Assembly: GCA_037384885.1 (NCBI GenBank)
Contig: JARRNO010000013.1
Span: 1-37,017, forward strand
DNA from: Acidobacteriota bacterium
GTDB taxonomy: Bacteria; Acidobacteriota; UBA4820; DSQY01
Reading direction: 5' to 3'
Length of the DNA stretch: 37,017 bases
Shown in pieces: positions 19,376-26,958 of the stretch; the first letter of the stretch is position 1, and each line of letters begins with the position of its first letter. The translations under genes and the position numbers were made by a program. Under the pieces are notes generated by a model. The model was not told the DNA's origin. It did not search any database and saw only the letters and a program-made list of their open reading frames with translations.

Positions 19376-19558
19376 ATGGTTGATAGAGCACTAAGAGGAA
19401 TCGCTGGATTTTTCATTCTCATCAGTCTGGCCCTGGGGTTCTGGGTCAGCCCGTGGTGGTATCTCTTCACCGCGTTTGTTGGCCTGAACCTGCTTCAGTC
19501 ATCCTTCAGCAAATGGTGTCCGATGATGTGGATCCTAAGAAAGGCCGGTCTCCAGTGA
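19376..19558 (+). CDS. DUF2892 (YgaP-like) small membrane protein
   Basis: SD GGAGG; DRALRGIAG, two TM segments, FVGLNLLQSSFSKWCPM. Confidence 0.88.
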   Translation: MVDRALRGIAGFFILISLALGFWVSPWWYLFTAFVGLNLLQSSFSKWCPMMWILRKAGLQ

Positions 19559-19734
19559 GCTGGCAGGATCTCCTGACCTTCGGCGCCGTCCTGGTTGGAT
19601 GGTATCTTTTGAATCGTTTTCTTCTCCCGCGGATGGGAGTGAGTACTTGAATGTCCGAAACATGCAGGGTCGAGTTCGATCCAGAGAAAAACAGGAGGCC
19701 GTTGAATGGCAGGTCAAGTGATCGAAGTGAGTGA
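19555..19734 (+). CDS. Putative small single-TM selenoprotein (59 aa, U-x4-C); TGA 19648-19650 proposed as Sec
   Basis: GTG start overlaps the DUF2892 stop (GTGA). MSWQDLLTFGAVLVGWYLLNRFLLPRMGVST-(TGA)-MSETCRVEFDPEKNRRPLNGRSSDRSE*, with a hairpin 16 nt after the TGA. Without recoding the CDS ends at 19650 (31 aa). Confidence 0.65.
19667..19682 (+). promoter_or_regulatory. Candidate bacterial SECIS element
   Basis: GGGUCG-AGUU-CGAUCC, a 6-bp stem with one G-U pair; loop G at +24 after the UGA. Confidence 0.55.
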
Positions 19735-20035
19735 CAACACTTTCCAGACCGAAGTTCTGGATGCAGATCTTCCCGTTGTAGTAGATTTCTGGGCGCCATG
19801 GTGCGGTCCGTGCCGCATGGTGGGGCCGGTGGTGGAGGATCTTTCCAACGAAATGGCCGGCCAGGCCAAATTTACAAAACTGAACGTGGACGACAACCAG
19901 GGTACCGCAGCGAAGTACGGGGTAATGGCTATCCCGACGCTTCTGGTTTTCAAAGGCGGCGAGGTGGTCCAGCAACACGTGGGAGCCCTTTCCAAGCCTG
20001 CACTAAAGAACCTGATCGCCAAGGCCGCCGGCTGA
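19706..20035 (+). CDS. trxA: Thioredoxin
   Basis: SD AGGAGG; VDFWAPWCGPC, LNVD, IPTL. Confidence 0.97.
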   Translation: MAGQVIEVSDNTFQTEVLDADLPVVVDFWAPWCGPCRMVGPVVEDLSNEMAGQAKFTKLNVDDNQGTAAKYGVMAIPTLLVFKGGEVVQQHVGALSKPALKNLIAKAAG

Positions 20036-20074
20036 GACCCCCGCGCCTTGAAAGATAGGGAGGAGTAACACTCC

Positions 20075-20296
20075 ATGCCGATCTACGAATATCATTGCGA
20101 CGAGTGTGGGGTTCGCTATGAAAAGCTCGTCTTCAATACGAGTGCACCGCCGCCGCCTTGCCCCAGCTGTGGATCCGAAAAGGTCGAAAAGCTCGTGAGT
20201 GTTCCTGGCGCATGCGGGAGCGGCGATAATATTGCGTCCGCGGGTTTTTCAGGAGGAGGCGGATGCGGCGGTTCAGGCTTCGGCTGAGCAGGCTGA
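20075..20296 (+). CDS. FmdB family zinc-ribbon protein, probably with C-terminal Sec (…GCGGSGFG-U-AG*)
   Basis: MPIYEYHCDECG...CPSCGS; Gly-rich tail with Cys, TGA 20285-20287, GCA GGC, second TGA 20294-20296, then a hairpin. Ends at 20287 if not recoded. Confidence 0.8.
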
Positions 20297-20300
20297 CCCC

Positions 20301-20318
20301 CGAGCGCCGTGCGCGCCG
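20301..20318 (+). promoter_or_regulatory. Candidate bacterial SECIS element
   Basis: GCGC-CGU-GCGC (20304-20314) with weak flanking pairs; loop G at +22 after UGA 20285-20287. Confidence 0.45.
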
Positions 20319-20372
20319 ATCACGATCAACTTCTGGTCTGAATTGAGCCAGAATTTACAACATGAGAGTTCC

Positions 20373-20407
20373 GGGGCTGCCCGTTCAGAAGAGTGGGCGG
20401 CCCTTTC
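20373..20407 (+). terminator. Intrinsic terminator of the trxA operon
   Basis: GGGCTGCCC-gttcagaagagt-GGGCGGCCC followed by TTT. Confidence 0.65.
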
Positions 20408-20522
20408 CTGATTCGCGGCCGGGCGAATGGTCTGACGGAGCAGTTGAGTTCGCTGGAGATCCTTTCTAAAGGCGTCTGATGGATTGGAGGTTTAAAGACA
20501 TTGGTACATTTTGGCGCTTATA

Positions 20523-20550
20523 ACGTCCGATAAGAAATCTTATGTTAAAT
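20523..20550 (+). other. dif: dif-like XerC/XerD recombination site
   Basis: ACGTCCGATAA-GAAATC-TTATGTTAAAT has the 11-6-11 layout. The right arm equals the E. coli XerD arm and the left arm ends in ATAA. It lies in an AT-rich intergenic region between converging genes. Confidence 0.85.
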
Positions 20551-20691
20551 ATAATCCAGCAGGAAGTGGGTCCAAGGCAGCGCCGCAGAACATGAGAAGG
20601 GAGAGTGTTACTATTACGTGTAACAACAACATGTTACCCGTGCAGACATGGACATCATGTTAAGAAACAAATGTATTGGCGTATGCCATCG

Positions 20692-21321
20692 CTAGTGCTC
20701 GAACATGGCACTGAGGAGGTTCCGGATTCCCCCAAGGAGCTCGGGAAGCTTGGCGGCGACTGTCATGCCTGGAGTCAAGTAGAGTCGCTCGGCCGGGCGC
20801 GATAAGACCTCCTCCGCCTTCAGGTCCAGGCAGCCCTTGCCATGGGGCCAGGGCCCGAAAACAGCCGTCAGCAGGAACTCGGCCAAGGAAATAGCGCCAA
20901 TGGGACGGCCGCCTTGGTGCAGCTGCTCGAGAAACGTCCGTACGGCGGGTGCGGCGTCGTGGCCTGAGGGGCCATCAAAAGCGTTCATGAGGTTCTTGAC
21001 GGCGCCTTGCCCTCCGGGTATTACCAGGCCCTCCAGAATGTTAGGACTTATTTCCTCTAGCGAATATAGCTTTCCTCGTACGAGGCGCGCGGCCTCAACC
21101 ATTATTGCGCGTTCAGGGGCGGATTCATCCTCCATGGCCGTCATGTGGTCCACCACGTGAAGTTGGCGTGCGTCCATGGCGAGGCAAACCAGTTCGTGTC
21201 CGCTTTCCTGTATGGCCAACATGCCCAGGACGGCTTCGTGTGCGTCGCTTCCGTCAAACGCACCCGATCCGGAAAGGAGAATGCCTACCCGCCGCCTGCC
21301 CTTGTGTGAGACCGCCTTCAA
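20692..21321 (-). CDS. ElbB/ES1-like DJ-1/PfpI superfamily protein lacking the nucleophilic Cys
   Basis: ILLSGSGAFDGSDAHEAVL, EAARLVRG, PGGQGAVKNL, RPIGAISLA. TTG start overlaps the nrnA stop. Confidence 0.8.
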   Translation of the reverse strand: MKAVSHKGRRRVGILLSGSGAFDGSDAHEAVLGMLAIQESGHELVCLAMDARQLHVVDHMTAMEDESAPERAIMVEAARLVRGKLYSLEEISPNILEGLVIPGGQGAVKNLMNAFDGPSGHDAAPAVRTFLEQLHQGGRPIGAISLAEFLLTAVFGPWPHGKGCLDLKAEEVLSRPAERLYLTPGMTVAAKLPELLGGIRNLLSAMFEH

Positions 21322-22307
21322 GGCCGCTTCTCCAGAACGGAAACGGCGGCCGAGATGATCTCGTCTTTCGCCCTGTCAAGCGGGAGAGCGATTCGGATTC
21401 CCGCAGCGTGAGCGTGTCCCCCGCCACCCCAACGGGAAGCGAACTGGTCTACGGCAAAATTTCCACGGGACCGGCAGGAGACCTTCGTCGCTTCGCCGGA
21501 GAGTTCTTTGAAATAAAAGCCGGCCTGCACACCGTCCACCTGCATGGTGTAATTGACGAGATCGTCGGCGTCATCCATTGTTGCGCCGAGGGCCTGAAGG
21601 TCGCGCTGCGTTGCTTGCATCCAGACGATTTTGCCGCCGGGAGATCCTTCAAGGGACTGGAGAACCCTTCCAAGGACGCGGAGGCGACGCTTGCTTTGGC
21701 GTTCAAAGATTTCCGTGTGGATTTTTTGGGGGTCGACTCCGGCATCCAGAAGTGTTCCAGCCATACGGTGTGTTGCGCCGGTTGTTCCGGAATAGCGGAA
21801 TCCGCCTGTATCAGTATAGAGCGCTGCATAAATGGGTTCGGCGAGATCGAGAGCCAGCGGGATCCCGAGATGCTCCAGGATGCGGGCCACAACTTCACCG
21901 GTCGCCGAAGCTTCCGTATCCAGCATATAATCCGCCCCGGGTTCCCGTTTCAGGCGGTGGTGGTCGATGACCAGAATGCCGCGGCTGCTGCGTGCGTAAG
22001 GCAGCACATCGCCCAGTCGCTCAAATGCCCCCATGTCGACCACGACCGTCAAGGCTTCTGCGAAGAGCTTATGGGGGGCGTCCAGGGAATCAATGGTCCG
22101 AATTTCATCGGGATACTTCAGCAGGAAGGTCAGCGACTGCGGAACTGGAGTGGGATTGATCATGTGCACGGTGTGACCAAGGCCTGCCAGTCCCCGACCA
22201 AGAGCCAGCTCGCTTCCGATCCCGTCTCCATCGCTGGACATGTGCGTGCAGATAACGATGTTCCGGCATTCTACGAGCCGCCGTATGAGCCTTTCCTCCA
22301 GCTCCAT
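21318..22307 (-). CDS. nrnA: DHH/DHHA1 phosphoesterase (NrnA-like oligoribonuclease/pAp phosphatase)
   Basis: THMSSDGDGIGS, IDHH, DTGGF, GGGHAHAAG. Start moved to ATG 22307. Confidence 0.9.
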   Translation of the reverse strand: MELEERLIRRLVECRNIVICTHMSSDGDGIGSELALGRGLAGLGHTVHMINPTPVPQSLTFLLKYPDEIRTIDSLDAPHKLFAEALTVVVDMGAFERLGDVLPYARSSRGILVIDHHRLKREPGADYMLDTEASATGEVVARILEHLGIPLALDLAEPIYAALYTDTGGFRYSGTTGATHRMAGTLLDAGVDPQKIHTEIFERQSKRRLRVLGRVLQSLEGSPGGKIVWMQATQRDLQALGATMDDADDLVNYTMQVDGVQAGFYFKELSGEATKVSCRSRGNFAVDQFASRWGGGGHAHAAGIRIALPLDRAKDEIISAAVSVLEKRP

Positions 22308-22331
22308 GTCTCGATCCTTTATCAACGTTAC

Positions 22332-22360
22332 ATCTTAGGAGGTGATTGCGAAAAAAGCAA
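22332..22360 (-). promoter_or_regulatory. Putative sigma70 promoter for nrnA-elbB
   Basis: Minus strand TTGCTT-17 nt-TAAGAT. Confidence 0.55.
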
Positions 22361-22433
22361 GCCGACGCCCAGGTAGGGCCGTGTCCCGCGCAAGGCGCGC
22401 CTATGTTAAACTTGAGAGCATGGAGGGCAGGGC

Positions 22434-23876
22434 TTGCTGAAGCGATACCGTAAGCAGTTCAACATCCTCTGTTTTCTTGTGGATCTACTGGCGGTCACTC
22501 TCTGTTCGGTGCTTGCCTATTGGGTCCGGGACGGCATCGGGCTGAACATGTTTCATCTCAAGCCCCTCTTCCCCATTTCCTCATATGTTCCCGTTTTCAT
22601 TCTTGCCGCCCTCGCCTTGGTGGGTTCGCTCTTCGCGGTTGGCGCCTACAGGGTTCATCCGCTCACACGACTGTCCACTTTTCTCATCAACAACGCAAAA
22701 GCAGTCCTTTTGACGTTGGTGCTGACGCTCGCCCTTGCCTATGTCTTGAGGCTGAACTTCGTCAGCCGTACTCTTGTCATCCTTTTTCTGTCTCTGTTTC
22801 TGGCGCTGTCCAGCCTCTTCAAATACTGGCTTTCTCTTGGATTTGCCTTTCAAACCAAGACTGGAAGTCTCGTCCGAGTTCTTGTCATCGTTGGCTGCAC
22901 GGCCAGAGCGCGCCAGATCGCGGAACTGGTCCTGGCCCATCGGGAGTGGGGGCTATCGCTCAGGGGATTCTTTTCGGAACGGAAAGGGGGCGGGTCGCCC
23001 CAGGACATGGAGGCCATGCAGCGGCTCGGACTTCCCTGTCTCGGGATGGCCTCGGATCTTCCCCGCGCCATGGAGAGGGAAGTGATCGACGCGGTGGTGT
23101 TCGCCGTGGATTCGCGCAGCCTCCGGAATTTCGAAGACTTGTGCCTGACATGCGAAGATATGGGCGTGGATGTTCTCATCGCCGCCAATCTCTTTCCCCA
23201 CCTGATCTCAAACATCCGTTTCGAGCAGCTGGATGAGATCCCAGTCCTGCATTTCACCACCACTCCTCAAGACCAGGTTGCCCTTTTCATCAAGCGTTTG
23301 CTGGATATCTCGGGATCCCTGACGGCGTTGATTTTGCTCTCCCCTCTTCTCCTGCTCTTCATGGCTTTGATCCGCATGACGAGCCCAGGGCCGGTCTTTT
23401 TCAGGCAGGAACGTATGGGCCTGAATGGACGCCGCTTTACGCTGTATAAGTTCAGGACGATGGTGAAAGATGCGGAGAAGATCAAAGAGAATCTGAGTCA
23501 TCTTAACGAGGCCGACGGCCCCGTTTTCAAAATTCGTAACGACCCACGAATTACGCCGCTTGGACGGATCTTGAGAAAGACCTCCGTCGATGAACTCCCC
23601 CAGTTTTGGAACGTTTTGAGGGGAGAGATGTCGCTGGTTGGGCCCCGTCCGCCCATTCCGGCCGAAGTGGAACACTATGAGCGCTGGCAGCGCCGCAGGC
23701 TCTCCATGCGGCCTGGACTTACCTGCCTTTGGCAGGTGTCGGGCCGCAGTGAGTTGGATTTTGATCAATGGATGAAGCTCGACTTGGAATATATCGACAA
23801 ATGGGGTTTAGCTTTGGATTTGAAAATTATTCTCAAAACAATCCCTGCAGTCCTGAGCGGACGGGGGGCTGCATGA
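22434..23876 (+). CDS. Undecaprenyl-phosphate sugar-1-phosphate transferase (WcaJ/WbaP family)
   Basis: Four TMs and a Rossmann-like domain, then KRLLDI, KFRTM, NDPRIT, DELPQFWNVLRGEMSLVGPRP, RPGLT. Confidence 0.93.
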   Translation: MLKRYRKQFNILCFLVDLLAVTLCSVLAYWVRDGIGLNMFHLKPLFPISSYVPVFILAALALVGSLFAVGAYRVHPLTRLSTFLINNAKAVLLTLVLTLALAYVLRLNFVSRTLVILFLSLFLALSSLFKYWLSLGFAFQTKTGSLVRVLVIVGCTARARQIAELVLAHREWGLSLRGFFSERKGGGSPQDMEAMQRLGLPCLGMASDLPRAMEREVIDAVVFAVDSRSLRNFEDLCLTCEDMGVDVLIAANLFPHLISNIRFEQLDEIPVLHFTTTPQDQVALFIKRLLDISGSLTALILLSPLLLLFMALIRMTSPGPVFFRQERMGLNGRRFTLYKFRTMVKDAEKIKENLSHLNEADGPVFKIRNDPRITPLGRILRKTSVDELPQFWNVLRGEMSLVGPRPPIPAEVEHYERWQRRRLSMRPGLTCLWQVSGRSELDFDQWMKLDLEYIDKWGLALDLKIILKTIPAVLSGRGAA

Positions 23877-23883
23877 GGTCGCC

Positions 23884-25662
23884 ATGATTCAGAACCCGCC
23901 GGAAGGCAATCATCCACGCGCTTGGAGCCGGTTCTTCAATCCCATATACCTCTTCCTGGGCGCGGTACTGCTTATGCTTTATTTTGCAGGGCTTGGCTAC
24001 CCGCCTCTTTATGAGCCGGATGAGGGTCGTTACATGGAAATACCGCGTGAAATGATCCTCAACCACGATTATGTCACGCCTCACCTGGACGGCGTGGACT
24101 ACTTCGAAAAGCCGCCGCTGTATTACTGGCTGAATGTCATCTCCATCAAGCTTTTCGGAATCAATGAATTCGCCGCGAGATTCTGGAGCGCGCTGCTCGG
24201 GTTGCTCGGGCTGGGTCTGGCGGCTGTTCTGGCCCATACCATGAGATCGGGGCGCTCGGCCTTCCTTACGATTATCATTCTCGGTTCATGTCCGCTATAT
24301 CTTTTCATGGCGCATCTCGCGACGATCGACATGGTGCTCACCTTTACCTCCACCGCCTGTTTGCTGTGCTTCTGGCTGGCGCGCTGCGAGCCCGAAAAGC
24401 GCCGGGGCCGGGCGCGCCTTTGGTGGTACGGCATGTTTGTGGCCGCAGCCCTTTCCGTGCTGACGAAGGGACTCATCGGCATGGTGTTCCCTGCCGGAAT
24501 TATCGGAATCTACATCGTGTGGAGCGGGGAATGGCGGCTGCTTCGCAGGGTCCCCTGGTTGACGGGAACGCTCTTCTTCCTTGTTGTGGCCGCTCCCTGG
24601 CACATTTTGATGGCGGTGAGACACCCCGATTTTTTACACTTCTATTTTGTCAGGGAGCACTTTCTCCGTTATCTCACGCCCATCGAGAACAGGACCCAGC
24701 CCTTCTGGTTCTTCATCCCTGTGATCGTTCTCGGATTCCTGCCCTGGACGGGATATCTGGCCGGGGCGGGCCGCTTGCTCTCGAGGTCAAAAGTGCGCTC
24801 CTGGGGGCGCGAACATCCTGAAATCGTGTTCCTGTTTTCGTGGATCGGTTTCATATTCCTCTTTTTTTCCGCATCGGATTCCAAGCTGATCCCGTATATG
24901 CTCCCTGCCTTTCCAGCCCTGGCGGTTCTTGCGGCGCTCACGATCGACTCGGGACTGCACGCGGCCAATCCCTTCCCGCTGTCCCAACGCGTCGGAGCAA
25001 CCGTGGGGGCTCTTCTGTGTGTTGTCTTGGCGGCTGTTCTCGGCTGGGCGGCCATGGGGCGCATCCCGGAGTTCTCCGTCCGCGGAGCCTTTTTTCCTCT
25101 TGTGCTCGGATTCAGCATCGTCTCGGTTGTCCTTCTATTGCTTTCGGCGATCTTGTCGCTCCTGCCCCACTTCAAGGGGCGGACCATCGCCTTTTTCCTG
25201 GCTTCCGCGTGCCTTTTCGGGACGATTTGGACGGCTGCGCGCCCCGTGGGCATGGAACGCAGCGCGAAGCCTTTTGTCCCCTACCTTCAGGCGCACTTGA
25301 AGCCGGGAGACGGCCTGTACTCGTTCAACTACTACCCACAGACGCTGCCCGTTTATCTCCGCCGCGAGATTAACGTCGCCGCCTTTCGGGGGGAGCTCAA
25401 TTTTGGGATCAAAAGACTTCCTCGAGAACTCCGTCAAGAGCGTTTCCCGAGCGGGCGAGCGTTTGCAAAACGATGGCGCAAGAGTCCGAGAATTTACCTG
25501 GTGACGGACCACGAATCTCTTCCGCTTCTTCGATCCCTCGGCGTCTCCCCTATCTACACCATTAAAGAAAAGAGGACGGTCATTCTTTTGACAAACCACC
25601 CCCCTTCTCCAGGCGCTTCGGGGGACGCCAATTCCACGAAATCTGCAAGGTCCGGGTCTTAG
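23884..25662 (+). CDS. arnT: ArnT-like GT83 glycosyltransferase (lipid A L-Ara4N transferase)
   Basis: DEGRY, YFEKPPLYYW, LTKG, SKLIPY, many TMs; adjacent to arnBCAD. Confidence 0.85.
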   Translation: MIQNPPEGNHPRAWSRFFNPIYLFLGAVLLMLYFAGLGYPPLYEPDEGRYMEIPREMILNHDYVTPHLDGVDYFEKPPLYYWLNVISIKLFGINEFAARFWSALLGLLGLGLAAVLAHTMRSGRSAFLTIIILGSCPLYLFMAHLATIDMVLTFTSTACLLCFWLARCEPEKRRGRARLWWYGMFVAAALSVLTKGLIGMVFPAGIIGIYIVWSGEWRLLRRVPWLTGTLFFLVVAAPWHILMAVRHPDFLHFYFVREHFLRYLTPIENRTQPFWFFIPVIVLGFLPWTGYLAGAGRLLSRSKVRSWGREHPEIVFLFSWIGFIFLFFSASDSKLIPYMLPAFPALAVLAALTIDSGLHAANPFPLSQRVGATVGALLCVVLAAVLGWAAMGRIPEFSVRGAFFPLVLGFSIVSVVLLLLSAILSLLPHFKGRTIAFFLASACLFGTIWTAARPVGMERSAKPFVPYLQAHLKPGDGLYSFNYYPQTLPVYLRREINVAAFRGELNFGIKRLPRELRQERFPSGRAFAKRWRKSPRIYLVTDHESLPLLRSLGVSPIYTIKEKRTVILLTNHPPSPGASGDANSTKSARSGS

Positions 25663-25763
25663 CAATCGCAGCACTGCTCGTGCTATCATTGCCTGGAAGA
25701 TTCGGTCGCGGAGCTTTCTTGTTGGCGCTTGAAGGCGAAGCCATTCAGGGAGAATGAAAATCT

Positions 25764-26942
25764 ATGGGAAACGGTTTTGCTGCTCGGAAAGAGTTCCTTC
25801 CATTTTCCAAGCCGACGATACGTCAGGTTGAAATTGACGAGGTCGTGGACAGCCTTCAGTCGGGCTGGATTACCACGGGGCCCAAAGCCGAAAAATTCGA
25901 AAACGATTTCGCGCGCTATACGGGTATGGATGAAGTTCTCGCTCTTTCGTCGGCCACGGCAGGGCTGCACATCGGCCTTGAGGCGCTCGGGCTGAAACCT
26001 GGGGACGAGGTCATCACCACCCCCATGACTTGGGTTTCCACGGTGAATATGATCGAACTGGCGGGTGCAAGGCCGGTTTTCGTGGATATCCATCCAGAGA
26101 CTCTCCAGATCGATGAGCGCCAGATCGAAGACGCTGTAACCGACAGGACGGTGGGCATTCTACCGGTCCATTTCGGCGGCGCGCCCTGCCATATGGGCCC
26201 CATCATGGACATCGCCCGGAAGCACGGCCTCTGGGTTTTCGAGGATGCGGCCCACGGTGTGGGAACGTTTTACGAGGGACGTCACGTGGGCGGGTTCGAC
26301 CGGCTCGGCGTCTTTTCCTTTCATCCGATCAAAAATATGACGACGGCCGAAGGTGGCGTGCTGACGCTGCGGGATCCAGAGCTGGCGCGTGTGCTGAGAT
26401 CGCTCCGCTTTCACGGGTTAGAGAAATCGGCATGGAATCGCTATGCGGAGGGCGGTACGCCCCAGGTGGAAGTCGTGCGCCCGGGCTACAAGTACAACTT
26501 TATGGATCTTCAAGCGGCGCTGGGCATTCACCAACTTGCAGACGTCGACAGTTTCAATGCCCGCAGGCGCCTGCTTGCCTCGGTTTATGACCAGGTTCTC
26601 GCGGAGATCCCCGAGATCCAGCGCCCGGAAGCACCGCCCTACCCGCATTTCCACACGTGGCACCTTTATGTGGTCAAGGTGCTGGATGCGGCGGGCATGT
26701 CGCGGGACCAGTTCATGGCCGGATTGAAGGAACGCAATGTAGGCACGGGGCTGCATTTCAGGGCGGTTCACACCCAGCCGTATTACGCGCAGAAATATCC
26801 GGAATGGACCGGCAGGCTGACGAATGCCGAATGGGCGTCGGACCGGATTCTTTCACTTCCATTGTTTCCCATGATGAGCGAAGATGACGTCGCGTACGTG
26901 GGCGAGGCCGTTAAGGACGTTCTGGCGGCTGGGGGGAACTGA
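25764..26942 (+). CDS. arnB: UDP-4-amino-4-deoxy-L-arabinose aminotransferase (DegT family)
   Basis: FLPFSKP, SGWITTGPK, EDAAH, FSFHPIKNMTTAEGG, GTGLHF. Confidence 0.9.
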   Translation: MGNGFAARKEFLPFSKPTIRQVEIDEVVDSLQSGWITTGPKAEKFENDFARYTGMDEVLALSSATAGLHIGLEALGLKPGDEVITTPMTWVSTVNMIELAGARPVFVDIHPETLQIDERQIEDAVTDRTVGILPVHFGGAPCHMGPIMDIARKHGLWVFEDAAHGVGTFYEGRHVGGFDRLGVFSFHPIKNMTTAEGGVLTLRDPELARVLRSLRFHGLEKSAWNRYAEGGTPQVEVVRPGYKYNFMDLQAALGIHQLADVDSFNARRRLLASVYDQVLAEIPEIQRPEAPPYPHFHTWHLYVVKVLDAAGMSRDQFMAGLKERNVGTGLHFRAVHTQPYYAQKYPEWTGRLTNAEWASDRILSLPLFPMMSEDDVAYVGEAVKDVLAAGGN

Positions 26943-26958
26943 GGGAGAAGTGTTGGTC

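Noticed and set aside
20033-20035. TGA stops of trxA, DUF2892 and other genes as Sec candidates
   Set aside because: The proteins are already full length, the TGA is not at a Cys-like position, and several are ATGA/GTGA coupling overlaps.
20294-20296. Second TGA after the FmdB gene as another Sec
   Set aside because: The following peptide has no recognisable features and overlaps the hairpin serving the first TGA; treated as the real stop.
20605-20805. 66-aa ORF in the dif spacer (also 20199-20411)
   Set aside because: No motifs, and they overlap real genes or terminators.
22401-22412. CTATGTTAAAC resembling a second XerD arm
   Set aside because: There is no XerC-like arm at 6-nt spacing. 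It is better explained as an extended -10 (TG-t-TAAACT) for the sugar transferase.
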